64,000 nt of DNA from Candidatus Krumholzibacteriia bacterium (GCA_046484865.1 JAWOID010000018.1:32001-96000); one strand, 5' to 3'; shown: positions 48,083 through 57,707, numbered from the stretch's first letter. The notes: a model not told the origin generated them from the sequence alone. Numbers and translations: made by a program.

Positions 48083-49456
48083 CTAGAAGAACGCGGGCTC
48101 CTGCAGGGAACGCTGCTCCAGCGGCTCTTCCCCGTAGTACAGGCTGCCGCGATTCAGGTATTCGGACGTGATGATGCGCGGCGTGACGAAGATCACCAGC
48201 TCACGCTCGGCACGCGTCCTCGAGGTGTGCTTGAAGAGCTGCCCCAGCAGGGGAATGTCCTTCAGCACCGGCACGCCCTTCTCGTAACTGGACTCGACGT
48301 CGCGGATCAGGCCGGCGATGATGGCCGTCGCACCGTTCTCCACGAGCACCCGGGTGTCCGCCTCGTTGGTGTTGATGATCACGCCGCCCTGCACCGTGGC
48401 CTGGCTGGAGAGGTCGCTGACCTCGTTGTGGATGTCCAGCGTGATCTTGTCGGGGCTGTTGATGTGCGGCGTCACCAGCATCTGGATGCCGATCGTGGTG
48501 AGCTGCGTGATGGCGTTGCCGGCCTCGTCCGAGACGATCAGCGGGATCTTCTGCCCCACCAGGATCTTCGCCTCGCGGTTGTCGGCGGTGGTCACCACCG
48601 GATTGCTGATCAGCCGGGCCTTGTTGTTCTGCTGCATGGCCTCGAGCTTGGCCATCAGGTCGCCGTAGGACTGCACGGTGCCGATGCGGAAGTCGCCCGA
48701 CGGATCCTGCACCGGGCTGGAGACCGTGGCGCTCCCCACCACGTTGCCGCCGTCCGGCTTGAAGTTGGCGATTCCCCAGCTGATGCCCAGCTCGCGCGTG
48801 GCCCGCGTGTCCATGTCCACCAGGCGGGCGTTGATCTCCACCTGAGGCGTCTCGGTGTCGAGCCTGAGCGCCATGTCCTCCATGATCGCCACCCGCTCCG
48901 GGATGTCGTTGATCAGGATGGCGTTGGTGCGGGTGTCGACGTCGATCTTCCCGCGCGAGGTGAGCATGTCCTCGAGCGTGCCCTTCACCTCGGCGGCGTT
49001 GGCGTAGTGGAGCGTGACCATGCCCATCGTGAGCTTCTCCAGGTCAGCCACGCTGCGGTCCGCCTGCTTCTCGGCCAGCCTCTCCTGTCGCAGTGCGTCG
49101 GCAGAGTCCACCCGGAAGATGCCGTTCTCCACCACGTAATCGAAGCTGTGCGCCCGCAGGATCACGCCGAGGGCCTTCTGCCAGGGCACGTCCTCGAGCT
49201 TGACCGTGACCTTGCCCTGCACGCGCGGCGACGCCACGATGTTCGTCCCCGAGAAGCTCGCCAGGCTGCGCAGGACGGTGCCGATGTCGGCGTCCTGCAC
49301 GTCGAGGGAGATGGGGCGGCTGTGGTCCGCCGGCACCGTGACCGTTGCAGCCAGGTCCGTCTGCTGGGCGAGCGCCGGGCAGGCCGCCAGCAGCACGGTC
49401 AGCGCCGCCAGGGCGGACCAGGGCTTCCTTGCCATAGGTCGCGTCCGACCGATCAT
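48083..49456 (-). CDS. pilQ: Type IV pilus secretin
   Basis: Signal peptide, ISLDVQDADI, DVPWQKAL, DTRTNAIL, PQVEINARLV, VPVLKDIPLLGQLF, ELVIFVTPRII. Confidence 0.95.
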   Translation of the reverse strand: MIGRTRPMARKPWSALAALTVLLAACPALAQQTDLAATVTVPADHSRPISLDVQDADIGTVLRSLASFSGTNIVASPRVQGKVTVKLEDVPWQKALGVILRAHSFDYVVENGIFRVDSADALRQERLAEKQADRSVADLEKLTMGMVTLHYANAAEVKGTLEDMLTSRGKIDVDTRTNAILINDIPERVAIMEDMALRLDTETPQVEINARLVDMDTRATRELGISWGIANFKPDGGNVVGSATVSSPVQDPSGDFRIGTVQSYGDLMAKLEAMQQNNKARLISNPVVTTADNREAKILVGQKIPLIVSDEAGNAITQLTTIGIQMLVTPHINSPDKITLDIHNEVSDLSSQATVQGGVIINTNEADTRVLVENGATAIIAGLIRDVESSYEKGVPVLKDIPLLGQLFKHTSRTRAERELVIFVTPRIITSEYLNRGSLYYGEEPLEQRSLQEPAFF

Positions 49457-49460
49457 GATG

Positions 49461-49973
49461 TTACCCCTCCGTTCTGTCGAGCTTGAGGACCACCGTGTTG
49501 GCGATCCCGTACAGGACGACGCGCGCGGTCAACCGATCCTCGCTCACCGCGGTGACGCGGCCGTTGCGGACCCGGTCGCCGAGGCGCAGGATGTAGCCGA
49601 ACCCGTCCGTGTCCTCCACCAGGGCGAAATGGTCGTCGGCACCCCACATGACGCCGACGAGCCTGGCGGTATTCAGATCCACCAGTTCAGCACCGGTGGC
49701 CGGCTGGTAATCGCCGGACACCAGGACCCCGAACGGGTCCGGCTTGCCGAAGGACTGGTAGAAGAACTCGTTGCGGCGGATCTGGTTGATCCGCTCGCGC
49801 GCTTCCTGCGACGGCGACGACGACTCGTCCGTGACGTCGCGGTTCAGCGTCGCAGGCGACTCCGTGGGCGCGGCCACCGCCGCATCCTGCGCGCGGACTC
49901 CGGTCGCTCCCGTGGCACAGACCACCAGGAACCAGCCGAGCGCCAGCGCGATCATGCTCTGCTTCCGCGTCAT
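49461..49973 (-). CDS. PilP-like pilus assembly protein
   Basis: Between pilO and pilQ; DPF motif, LVGVMWG, ALVED, GDRV. Confidence 0.8.
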   Translation of the reverse strand: MTRKQSMIALALGWFLVVCATGATGVRAQDAAVAAPTESPATLNRDVTDESSSPSQEARERINQIRRNEFFYQSFGKPDPFGVLVSGDYQPATGAELVDLNTARLVGVMWGADDHFALVEDTDGFGYILRLGDRVRNGRVTAVSEDRLTARVVLYGIANTVVLKLDRTEG

Positions 49974-49986
49974 CCTCCGCCCCCTT

Positions 49987-50679
49987 CTAGTGCCGCGCCC
50001 TGGCGGCGGTGCTGGCCTGGGTCGTCCCGTCGACCCCGGCATCGCCGCCGGCGTCCGTGGCTCCCGATCTGGCGAGTTCGCGCGTCTGTGCGGGCTCCCC
50101 GGGCACCCCTCCGCCGAGGGTGTAGGCGGTCAGACGGAATGTGGTCTCCACGCCGCCCACCTCTTCGTCCTTGCCCTCGCGGCCACGCATCTGCAGGCTG
50201 CTCACGTTGACGATCCGGTTGAGATTCGCGAGCCGGCTCAGGAAGACGCCGGTCTGGTGGTATCCGCCCAGGACCCGCACCTCGACCGGGTTGTCCGTGT
50301 AGAAACCGCGGGGCAACGGGTCCTGGGGCCGGAACAGGTCGAATTCCACGCCGGACTGCTGCCCCGCCGCCGTGACCTTGCGCAGCAGATTGGGCATCTC
50401 GTTCTGCTCCGGCAGCAGGGTCTGCGCCACCTTCCACTGCTCGTGGAGGATGGCGTACTCCTGTTCCACGCGCTCGAGGTTGCGCACCAGCAGGCGCGCC
50501 TTCTCGAGGTCGCGACTCAGCACCTGGTGGCGCGCCTCCAGTTGCTCCACGTTCGTCTGCCGCGCCGCGTGGGTGAACGGCGCGACCGTGGACGCGAAGT
50601 CCAGGGGCACGACCGTCACCACCACCAGGATGGCGATCGCCCAGCGCAGGAAACGGGGATCCTTGACGTCGATGTTCAT
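49987..50679 (-). CDS. pilO: Type IV pilus assembly protein PilO
   Basis: TM, coiled coil, LLPEQNEMPNLL, GGYHQTGVFL, RIVNV. Confidence 0.92.
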   Translation of the reverse strand: MNIDVKDPRFLRWAIAILVVVTVVPLDFASTVAPFTHAARQTNVEQLEARHQVLSRDLEKARLLVRNLERVEQEYAILHEQWKVAQTLLPEQNEMPNLLRKVTAAGQQSGVEFDLFRPQDPLPRGFYTDNPVEVRVLGGYHQTGVFLSRLANLNRIVNVSSLQMRGREGKDEEVGGVETTFRLTAYTLGGGVPGEPAQTRELARSGATDAGGDAGVDGTTQASTAARARH

Positions 50680-50691
50680 GCGAAGCTCTCC

Positions 50692-51270
50692 TCAGCCGCC
50701 GAAACCGACGTCCGGCGCATGGCGCACGGCCGTGGTCTGGGCCTTGAACTTGACCACCTTCACCTCGCCGATCATCCCCTTCTCGGCCACGAGCAGGTCG
50801 ACGCCGGCGAAGTACGGCGACAGCGCCAGGTTCTGCAGGAAATCGCTGACCAGGAAGTTCGAGAACGTCACGCCCTCCACCGCGTAGCGGTCGCCGCCGA
50901 CGTCCTCGAAGCGGGTCAGCCAGAGGTGGCCCGGCAGGCTGCGGTTCAGCTCGTCGAGCAGGTGCACCCGGTGGTAGCGGTCGCGGTCGAGCTGCGTGAT
51001 CGCGTCGAGACGCTCGTTCAGGTCCTGCCGCTGCTCGTTCAGCCGCTTGATCTTCGCGATCTCCGGCGCCAGGCGGCGGCTCTCGGCCTCTTCCTGGGCG
51101 ATGACCTGCTCGAGCTGTGCGGTCTTCTGATCCTGGTAGAAGTGGGCCGCGCCGATGCCGGCGGCCGCCACGAGCACCATTGCCACCGGCGCGAAGGCGC
51201 CCAGGTTCGGCAGGGCGATGCCGCGCTTGGCCGGGGCCTCCTCACGGGGCAGCAGGTTGATCCGGATCAT
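50692..51270 (-). CDS. pilN: Type IV pilus assembly protein PilN
   Basis: MIRINLLP motif, TM, coiled coil, LPGHLWL. Confidence 0.93.
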   Translation of the reverse strand: MIRINLLPREEAPAKRGIALPNLGAFAPVAMVLVAAAGIGAAHFYQDQKTAQLEQVIAQEEAESRRLAPEIAKIKRLNEQRQDLNERLDAITQLDRDRYHRVHLLDELNRSLPGHLWLTRFEDVGGDRYAVEGVTFSNFLVSDFLQNLALSPYFAGVDLLVAEKGMIGEVKVVKFKAQTTAVRHAPDVGFGG

Positions 51271-52448
51271 GCCTCCACCGCCTTTCGCAGGGCCAGCCCC
51301 ACGCCGACCGCGAGCATGGGACTCAGCTCGGCGGGATCCTGTTCACCGAACAGCTCCGGGTCGAACTCGAGGACGGCCAGCGGATCTGCGAACTCGCTGG
51401 GGACGCTGTAGCAGTCCGCCAGGTACTCGCGCAGGCCCGGGAGCTTGGCGCCGCCACCGCTGAGCACGATGCGATCGATCCCCTCCGCCTCGCCCGACGT
51501 CTTGAGATACGACAGGGACGGTTCCAGTCCCTGGAAGATCTCCGCGCCGACGCTGCGGACGATGTCCTGCACCAGCTGGGCGTCCACGTCGCGCGTGTTC
51601 CCGCGCGCCACCGTCTGGGCGGTCTCGTAGCTGAGGCCGAGCTGCTTCTGGAATTCCTCGACGAAGTGGCTCGTGCCCACCGGCAGGTCGCGGGTGAAGT
51701 ACGGCACGCCGTCGCGCACGATGTGCACGTTGGTCACGCCGCCGCCGACGTCCAGCAGGGCCACGAACTCGCCGTGGTTGGGCGACCCGCTCCCGTCGTC
51801 GCCGGCGTCGGCGTCGTCCAGGTCGGCGTCCAGCCCGTCTTCGGCCAGCTCGTCGCCCAGGTCGGGCGCCTCGAGCATCGGGCCGATCGGCGCCACGGCG
51901 CCCGCGACGAGCTGCTCCCAGGCGTTCTGGTTGGCGAAGGACGCCACGTCGATGACCAGCGGCTGGAAGCCGGCATCGCGGATCAGTTCCGCGTGGCCCA
52001 GCACCATGTCCTTCTTGGCCGCCACCAGCAGGAGTTCCATCTGTCCCGCGCCGATGTCGCCCTTGAGGATCTGGAAATCGATGCTGATGTCGTCGATGTC
52101 GAAGGGGACGTGCTGCTCGGCCTCCCAGTAGATGGCCTCGCGGGCGTCCTCCTCGCTCATCCTGTCCATCACGATCTTCTTGACGATCACGGCGCGTCCG
52201 GAGACCGCGCTGGCCACCGGCTCCTCCGGCAGACCCGCCCGGTCGGCGCACTGCCTGATGGCCTGGATCACGAGCTCGCGATCCATGATCTCGCCGTCCA
52301 CGATGGCCTCGGGCGGCATGTCCACCATGGCGAAGTGCGTGATCCGGGGCTGCTCCCCCGTGGTGTCCAGGCGGATGCACTTCACCACGCTCGACCCGAT
52401 GTCGAGGCCGATGAGGCTCTTCCGCTTGGGCTTGAGGAATCCGAACAT
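51267..52448 (-). CDS. pilM: Type IV pilus assembly protein PilM
   Basis: IGLDIGSSVVK, EAEQHVPF, LLVAAKK, LDVGGG, LSGGGA, AVGVGLALR. Confidence 0.95.
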   Translation of the reverse strand: MFGFLKPKRKSLIGLDIGSSVVKCIRLDTTGEQPRITHFAMVDMPPEAIVDGEIMDRELVIQAIRQCADRAGLPEEPVASAVSGRAVIVKKIVMDRMSEEDAREAIYWEAEQHVPFDIDDISIDFQILKGDIGAGQMELLLVAAKKDMVLGHAELIRDAGFQPLVIDVASFANQNAWEQLVAGAVAPIGPMLEAPDLGDELAEDGLDADLDDADAGDDGSGSPNHGEFVALLDVGGGVTNVHIVRDGVPYFTRDLPVGTSHFVEEFQKQLGLSYETAQTVARGNTRDVDAQLVQDIVRSVGAEIFQGLEPSLSYLKTSGEAEGIDRIVLSGGGAKLPGLREYLADCYSVPSEFADPLAVLEFDPELFGEQDPAELSPMLAVGVGLALRKAVEA

Positions 52449-52535
52449 GGTGAACCGCCTCCGCCGTTTCGGTCCTGCCGTGCGTGCTCCCGGCTCGCCG
52501 CTGCCTCGGCCGCGACGCGCCGGTGGAACTCCGCG

Positions 52536-52551
52536 GGCAACATGCATGCCA
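52536..52551 (-). promoter_or_regulatory. sigma54 promoter of pilMNOPQ
   Basis: TGGCAT-GCATG-TTGC (-24 GG / -12 GC spacing exact). Confidence 0.75.
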
Positions 52552-52852
52552 CTGAGAGCATCGGCCGCCGATGCGGTCGCTTGAGCCTCGACATGGCCCC
52601 TGGCGGCGATTATCGGGGGGTCTGGGGAAACGGACCGCGCCTGCTGTCCACCATACCGTGCGATCCGCAACGCGAAGCCCTCCCGGCGCCGTTCAGGACG
52701 CAGCGCACGTGGGCGATTTCTGCCTACGGGGGCGGTGGAAAGGTCCAGGCGGCCGCGCCCGGGGCGCGGTCCAGCGAGGATGGCTGAGTTCGTGGTTGCC
52801 CCTGCCACCCGGATTGCGTGACCGGGGCCGGAAACATCCTTCGTGGAATCAC

Positions 52853-53644
52853 TCAACCGGTCTGCAGGAGGCCCGCATACCAGCGGAAGAGCGGCTCTCC
52901 CGCCATCAGCACCAGGACGGCGGCCGCCGCCAGGAAGGTGCCGAACGGCAATCGTGCAGTGCCGTCGAGCCGGCCGCGCTGGAGGACCAGGACGTAGACG
53001 GTGCCCAGGAGAGAGCCGCCGAACAGGACCGCGACGGCTCCCCAGGGACCGACGAAGGCTCCGATCATGCCCATCAGCATCACGTCGCCGAAGCCCATCC
53101 CCACCACGCCGCGGACTGCCCGGTAGCCGTACGCCAGCGCGAGCACGATGCCCGCGCCCACGGCCGCTCCCAGCACCGCGTCCATCAGTGTCCGTCCGTC
53201 CGCCAGCGTCGCAGCCAGCGCGACGGCCAGCCCGGACAGCGTGACGGTGTGCGGGATGATCATGTGCTGCCAGTCGACCACCGCCACCACGAGCAGCAGC
53301 AGCAGGAACACTCCGGCGGCAAGGCCGGTCGGGTTGGCGCCGAAGCGCACGAGCCCCGCGGCCAGACAGAGCGCGCCGGCCGCCTCCACGGCGGGATAGC
53401 GCCAGGAGATGGCGGCATGGCACTGCCGGCAGCGGCCCCGGAGCAGCAGCCAGCTCAGCACCGGAACGTTGTCGTGCCAGGCGACCTGGGCTCGGCAGGC
53501 AGGACAGAAGGACCGAGGGCCCATCACGCTGAGGTTCCGGGGCAGACGATAGATGAGCACGTTCGCGAAGCTGCCGAGACAGGCGCCCATCAGGGCGGCG
53601 GCCGCCAGGATCAGCGGCAGCGGCAGCAGCGAGGCAGAGGACAT
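52853..53644 (-). CDS. pilD: Prepilin peptidase
   Basis: GSFANVLIYRLP, SFCPAC, RGRCRQC, GMGFGDV, PFGTFL. Confidence 0.95.
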   Translation of the reverse strand: MSSASLLPLPLILAAAALMGACLGSFANVLIYRLPRNLSVMGPRSFCPACRAQVAWHDNVPVLSWLLLRGRCRQCHAAISWRYPAVEAAGALCLAAGLVRFGANPTGLAAGVFLLLLLVVAVVDWQHMIIPHTVTLSGLAVALAATLADGRTLMDAVLGAAVGAGIVLALAYGYRAVRGVVGMGFGDVMLMGMIGAFVGPWGAVAVLFGGSLLGTVYVLVLQRGRLDGTARLPFGTFLAAAAVLVLMAGEPLFRWYAGLLQTG

Positions 53645-54366
53645 CACGGGGCGGCCTCCGGATCGGCGAGGGTTGCCGCTGCGGGCGGCGAAGCGGCGGG
53701 GCCGGCGCTCAGCTCGGCCTCGATCTTGGCGACGTGCTCCTCGGCCAGCGTCCGCAACTCGGGGCTCGCGGATGTCGCGGCCAGGTGGCGCCACAGCGCC
53801 AGAGATCCGTTCAGGTCGCCCGACTGGCGCCGGGCGTACGCGGCGAACCGCTGGTGGAACTCGCTGGCCTCGGGAGCCGCCGCCGCGGCGTCGAACCAGA
53901 CCCGGGCGCGAGGCGTGTTCTTCTCGAAGACATAGTACAGGAAACCGGCATGGAAGGGCAGGCTCGCCGCCGACGGATTGTGCAGGATGCCGGCGCGCAG
54001 CACCGCCACCGCCCGGGGGATATCGCCCAGGTCGAGGCAGGCCACCAGCGACGAGAAGTAGTAGGCCTCGACGAACCGCGGATCCAGGCGGGTCACCGCA
54101 TCGACCAGGAGGTCGAAGTAGCGCATATCGTGCTCGCCCTTGCGATACCCACCATAGTACTGGACCAGCTCGAACCAGAGGTAGTCGGCCGCCATCTCGC
54201 GGAAGCCGCAGGCCGCCTCGCGCAGGAAGCGGCCGCTGGGGAAGTACAGCCGCTCGTCGCGCCCGGCGCGGTCGAGTTCCTGGTCGTAGGCCTGCAGCGC
54301 TCCCACGCAGACGAGCGCGAGGGCGATCGTCAGCGCGGCCGGGCCGACGCGTCCCCCCGCTCTCAT
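53644..54366 (-). CDS. Pilus-associated TPR-like protein (PilG/XapA-type)
   Basis: N-terminal TM; ADYLWFELVQYYG, LDPRFVEAY, AGFLYY; position next to the ABC genes of the pilus locus. Confidence 0.7.
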   Translation of the reverse strand: MRAGGRVGPAALTIALALVCVGALQAYDQELDRAGRDERLYFPSGRFLREAACGFREMAADYLWFELVQYYGGYRKGEHDMRYFDLLVDAVTRLDPRFVEAYYFSSLVACLDLGDIPRAVAVLRAGILHNPSAASLPFHAGFLYYVFEKNTPRARVWFDAAAAAPEASEFHQRFAAYARRQSGDLNGSLALWRHLAATSASPELRTLAEEHVAKIEAELSAGPAASPPAAATLADPEAAP

Positions 54367-55172
54367 CGCAGCTCCTTGCGCGCAAAGACCGCACCCGCCG
54401 CCACCAGGAGCAGCGCCGTGTAGGCGAGTCCGTAGACCGTGGCGATCAGCAGGTGCTCGCCCGAGACGGTGTCGCCGTGCACCACGGCCCCCCGCACGTT
54501 GAACATCTCCAGGTTCGGCAGCACGTGGTAGACGATTTCGCCCACCCGGGCGTAGGCCTCGCTCCCGACCGCCTGGCCGAAGCTGCGCAGCGATTCGCTC
54601 ATGTGACCCATCGCGTAGAAGCCGAGAGCGAGCACGGCCGCCAGCGCCGGCGACATCAGCGCGGAGAACAGGGACACCGCCGCGTTGACGAGCATCAGTT
54701 CCAGGAAGGCGAGGTAGATGGCCGGCAGGTAACGAGCCGTCACGCCGCCGGGGGTCAGCAGCAGGACCAGGAAGAAGAGCGCCCCCATGATGCCCATCAT
54801 GCAGAGCAGCGTGAGGTTCAGGCCGCAGAACTTGCCCAGCAGGTACGTGCGGCGGGCGAGCGGCTTGGCGAGGATGGTGGTGATGGTGCGCCGGTCGATC
54901 TCCTTGCGCACCATGTTGCTGCCGACGAGGATCGCCACCAGCAGGCCGAACAGCGACATCGCGCCCAGCCCCACGTCGCTGACGATCTTGTCCTGGGCGC
55001 CGATGGTCAGCGGCGAGATCACGACGCTGCTGGCGACCAGCACGAACCCGAAGGCCCCCACCAGGTAGAAGATCCGGTCGCGGACAGTCTCGCGGTAGGT
55101 GTTCACGGCGACGGCGAACACGTGGGATGCCACCGGGCCCAGCGGCAAGCGCGTCGGTGTGCGGAACTCCAT
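54363..55172 (-). CDS. ABC transporter permease (PilI/XapB-type)
   Basis: NTYRETVRDR, KEIDRRTITTILAKP, YLLGKFCG, about 6 TMs, VLPNL, FARKEL. Confidence 0.9.
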   Translation of the reverse strand: MEFRTPTRLPLGPVASHVFAVAVNTYRETVRDRIFYLVGAFGFVLVASSVVISPLTIGAQDKIVSDVGLGAMSLFGLLVAILVGSNMVRKEIDRRTITTILAKPLARRTYLLGKFCGLNLTLLCMMGIMGALFFLVLLLTPGGVTARYLPAIYLAFLELMLVNAAVSLFSALMSPALAAVLALGFYAMGHMSESLRSFGQAVGSEAYARVGEIVYHVLPNLEMFNVRGAVVHGDTVSGEHLLIATVYGLAYTALLLVAAGAVFARKELR

Positions 55173-56197
55173 CAGACCTCACCTTCCTCGTCGTGCATGG
55201 CTGCCAGGAAGAGCGCCTCGAGGTCGGATCGGCGCGCCCGGACGTCGAGCACGTCGATCTCCTGCGCCGAGCACAGGTCCAGCAGACGGGCGAGCGACGG
55301 CGCGTCCGGGGCTGCCAGCTCGGCCGCGGCGCAAGTCGCCTCCACCCGCGCCGCACCGGGCGCCGGCCGGCAGGCGGTCAGAACGGGTTCGGCAGCCGGG
55401 CCGCCCGGGAGTCGCGCGACGCGGACCAGGTATCCGCGACCCTCGCGGCGGTCGAGGCGGTGGCGTCCCACCAGCAGTCCGTTCTTCAGGAAGAGCGCCT
55501 CGTCGGCTAGCGCCTCGACGTCGGGCACGATGTGCGAGGACAGCAGGATGGTGGCGCCGCGATCCCGCTCGGCGCAGAGCAGCTCGCGCGCTTCTCGCCT
55601 GCCGATCGGGTCGAGCCCGGACATGGGCTCGTCGAGCACCAGCAGGTCGGGCCGGCCCAGCAGCGCCTGCGCCAGCCCGAGCCTTTGGAGCATGCCCTTC
55701 GAGCACTTGCGCACGGGGCGGTCGGCGCGGTCGGCCAGCCCCACCCGCGCGAGCAGTTCCTCCACCTGCCGGCGCCGTTCCGCCGCAGGCAGGTCGAGCA
55801 GACGGCCGTAGAAATGGAGCAGTTCGCGGCCGGTGAGGTGCTCGTAGAAGTAGGGCTGTTCGGGCAGGAAGCCGAGTCGCCGGCGCGCCACCGGCCGCGC
55901 GTGCGGTTCACCGAAGATGGTGATCTCGCCGGCGTCCGGCCAGGCGAGCCCGAGCACGCAGCCGATGGTGGTCGTCTTCCCGGCACCGTTGGGACCGAGC
56001 AGCGCCACCACCTGTCCGCGCGGAACGGTGAACGAGACGCCGCGCACGACGGTGGTGCGACGCCGCCAGAAGCCGTGCAGATAGGCTTTCTCGAGTCCGA
56101 GCACGCGCAGCGCGTCCTCCGTGGCCGGCCGCGAGGGCGGCCGCGGCAAGATGCTCTCCGCCACCGGCGGATTTGCGACCAGCTGTTCGTGTGGCAT
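55172..56197 (-). CDS. ABC transporter ATP-binding protein (PilH-type)
   Basis: GPNGAGKTT, SKGMLQR, LDEPMSGLDP, SSH. Confidence 0.93.
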   Translation of the reverse strand: MPHEQLVANPPVAESILPRPPSRPATEDALRVLGLEKAYLHGFWRRRTTVVRGVSFTVPRGQVVALLGPNGAGKTTTIGCVLGLAWPDAGEITIFGEPHARPVARRRLGFLPEQPYFYEHLTGRELLHFYGRLLDLPAAERRRQVEELLARVGLADRADRPVRKCSKGMLQRLGLAQALLGRPDLLVLDEPMSGLDPIGRREARELLCAERDRGATILLSSHIVPDVEALADEALFLKNGLLVGRHRLDRREGRGYLVRVARLPGGPAAEPVLTACRPAPGAARVEATCAAAELAAPDAPSLARLLDLCSAQEIDVLDVRARRSDLEALFLAAMHDEEGEV

Positions 56198-56281
56198 GTC
56201 TGCTCCTCGGCCGGTGAACGGTCCCGTTGGCGCCGGGAAACCTGCGCGGCCCACCGGCCGCCGTCCCGACCGGAACCGAAA

Positions 56282-56297
56282 TGCAACGGCGGTGCCA
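56282..56297 (-). promoter_or_regulatory. sigma54 promoter of the ABC-TPR-pilD unit
   Basis: TGGCAC-CGCCG-TTGCA. Confidence 0.8.
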
Positions 56298-56327
56298 GGA
56301 CGCCGGGAGCGAGCCGGATTGCGGTGA

Positions 56328-56738
56328 TCAGCGCCGAGGCGCCGACCCGGTCAGGACCAGCAAGGGGCGCGGACCGGCATTGCCGGGGGCGTAGGCGGTA
56401 ATCCGGTAATCGAGACCCGGCCGCGTCCAGGCGTACGCGAGGTCGCCGGGCGATCCATCGAAGATCGACAGCGCACCCGTGTAGGGGTTCCGCGGGGAGC
56501 GGCCCTCGGGCAACAGTGCAACGAGATCCACCGGGTCCGTGGGATAGACCCCGCCGTACCGGGCAGCATGGACCTCCGCAGCGAGCTGGAGGGTGCGGGC
56601 GTTGCGGCAGACGGCTGCTTCACGGGTGTGGGCGCGGACCGAGCCGAGCGAACACCAGCCCGCGACCAGGAGCAGGACTGCGAGCGCGCCGGCCAGCAGG
56701 AGTTCCGCCCGACGAACTGGACGCCAGTGCCGGTCCAC
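56328..56738 (-). CDS. Degenerate pilin paralog
   Basis: Hydrophobic N-helix, REAAVCRNARTLQLAAE, NPYTG, GDLAY, YRITAY matching PilA; no G|F cleavage site. Confidence 0.7.
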   Translation of the reverse strand: MDRHWRPVRRAELLLAGALAVLLLVAGWCSLGSVRAHTREAAVCRNARTLQLAAEVHAARYGGVYPTDPVDLVALLPEGRSPRNPYTGALSIFDGSPGDLAYAWTRPGLDYRITAYAPGNAGPRPLLVLTGSAPRR

Positions 56739-56739
56739 G

Positions 56740-57285
56740 TCAGCCCCCCCGGCCGTTGCTGAGGGTGATGACCACGCCGTTGCTCCCCGGCCCCGAGTCG
56801 CGAGCAGCGCCGTATCCCTCGATGACGTAGATCTGCCGGGCCGATCCGTAGCCGACGTCGCCGCGGCTGTAGGCCGCGAGAGGTCCCAGGACCAGCGGTG
56901 CCCGGGTGAACGGGTTGTCGGGGAAGACCCCGCGCGCGAAGAGCGACGGGCCGATGTCCTCGGCTCCGGGAGCGCTGCCGTCGTTGGCCGCGACCCAGAG
57001 CTCGACCGCGATCTGGACGTTGTGCACGTTCGCTTTCACGCCCGCTTCCTTCGCGCGTTCGAGGACCCGGACGAAGTTCGGCAGGGACATGGCGAACAGG
57101 GTGCCCAGGATGACGACGACCACGGCGACCTCCACCAGGCCGAAACCAGCCCGGCGGGTCCCCGGTCCGCGCCGCCCGACCCGCGCTCCGGCGATCCGCC
57201 GCCGCGGGGTCGACGCCGCCGGCACAGGCGCGGACGGCGCTCCCCCGCGAGGGGCGAGCGCCGTCCGGTTCGTCGCCGGAATCAC
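56740..57285 (-). CDS. Type IV minor pilin (PilA paralog)
   Basis: RRAG|FGLVEVAVVVVILG class III signal; FPDNPFT, GDVGY, YVIEGYG; start uncertain (57285 or 57225). Confidence 0.8.
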   Translation of the reverse strand: MIPATNRTALAPRGGAPSAPVPAASTPRRRIAGARVGRRGPGTRRAGFGLVEVAVVVVILGTLFAMSLPNFVRVLERAKEAGVKANVHNVQIAVELWVAANDGSAPGAEDIGPSLFARGVFPDNPFTRAPLVLGPLAAYSRGDVGYGSARQIYVIEGYGAARDSGPGSNGVVITLSNGRGG

Positions 57286-57296
57286 GTGACGAAGGA

Positions 57297-57707
57297 TCAG
57301 CCGTTGCTGAGCGAGATCACGATGCCGGTCCCGTCCGGCCCGCTCGTGGCCTCGTAGCCATAGCCCTCGATCGTGTACACGAGACCCGCCAGCAGGTAGC
57401 CCAGGTCGCCCTGGCTGTAGCCGGGGGCCGCGATCGCGATCGGAAGACCGGTGAACGGGTTGTCCGGGAACACGGTACCCGGGAACATGGTGGCATTGAT
57501 GTCTCCGATGGCCGGCAGCGTGCCGTCGTGCACCACGGAGTAGTCCTCCACCGCGAGCTGCAGGGAGTGCGCGTTGGCCTTCACGGAGGCCTCCTTCGCG
57601 CGGCTCTGCATCTGGATGAAGTTCGGGATGGCGATGGCGGCCAGGATACCGATGATCACCACGACGATCATCAGCTCGATCAACGTGAAGCCCTTGCGAT
57701 TGATCAC
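57297..57707 (-). CDS. pilA: Type IVa major pilin
   Basis: NRKG|FTLIELMIVVVIIGILAAIAIP; strong SD AAGGAGG; sigma54 promoter upstream; follows pilR. Confidence 0.93.
   Translation of the reverse strand: MINRKGFTLIELMIVVVIIGILAAIAIPNFIQMQSRAKEASVKANAHSLQLAVEDYSVVHDGTLPAIGDINATMFPGTVFPDNPFTGLPIAIAAPGYSQGDLGYLLAGLVYTIEGYGYEATSGPDGTGIVISLSNG

Noticed and set aside
52760..52830. c-di-GMP-I riboswitch upstream of pilM (GGTCACGCA...GGGCAACC on the minus strand)
   Set aside because: Lacks the GGCAAA-stem-GAAA tetraloop-GACGCAAAG core and lies upstream of the sigma54 promoter
57297..57707. Electrically conductive (e-pilin) type PilA
   Set aside because: The mature pilin is about 130 aa with about 11 Phe/Tyr, lacks Y27 and has long aromatic-free gaps; insufficient support
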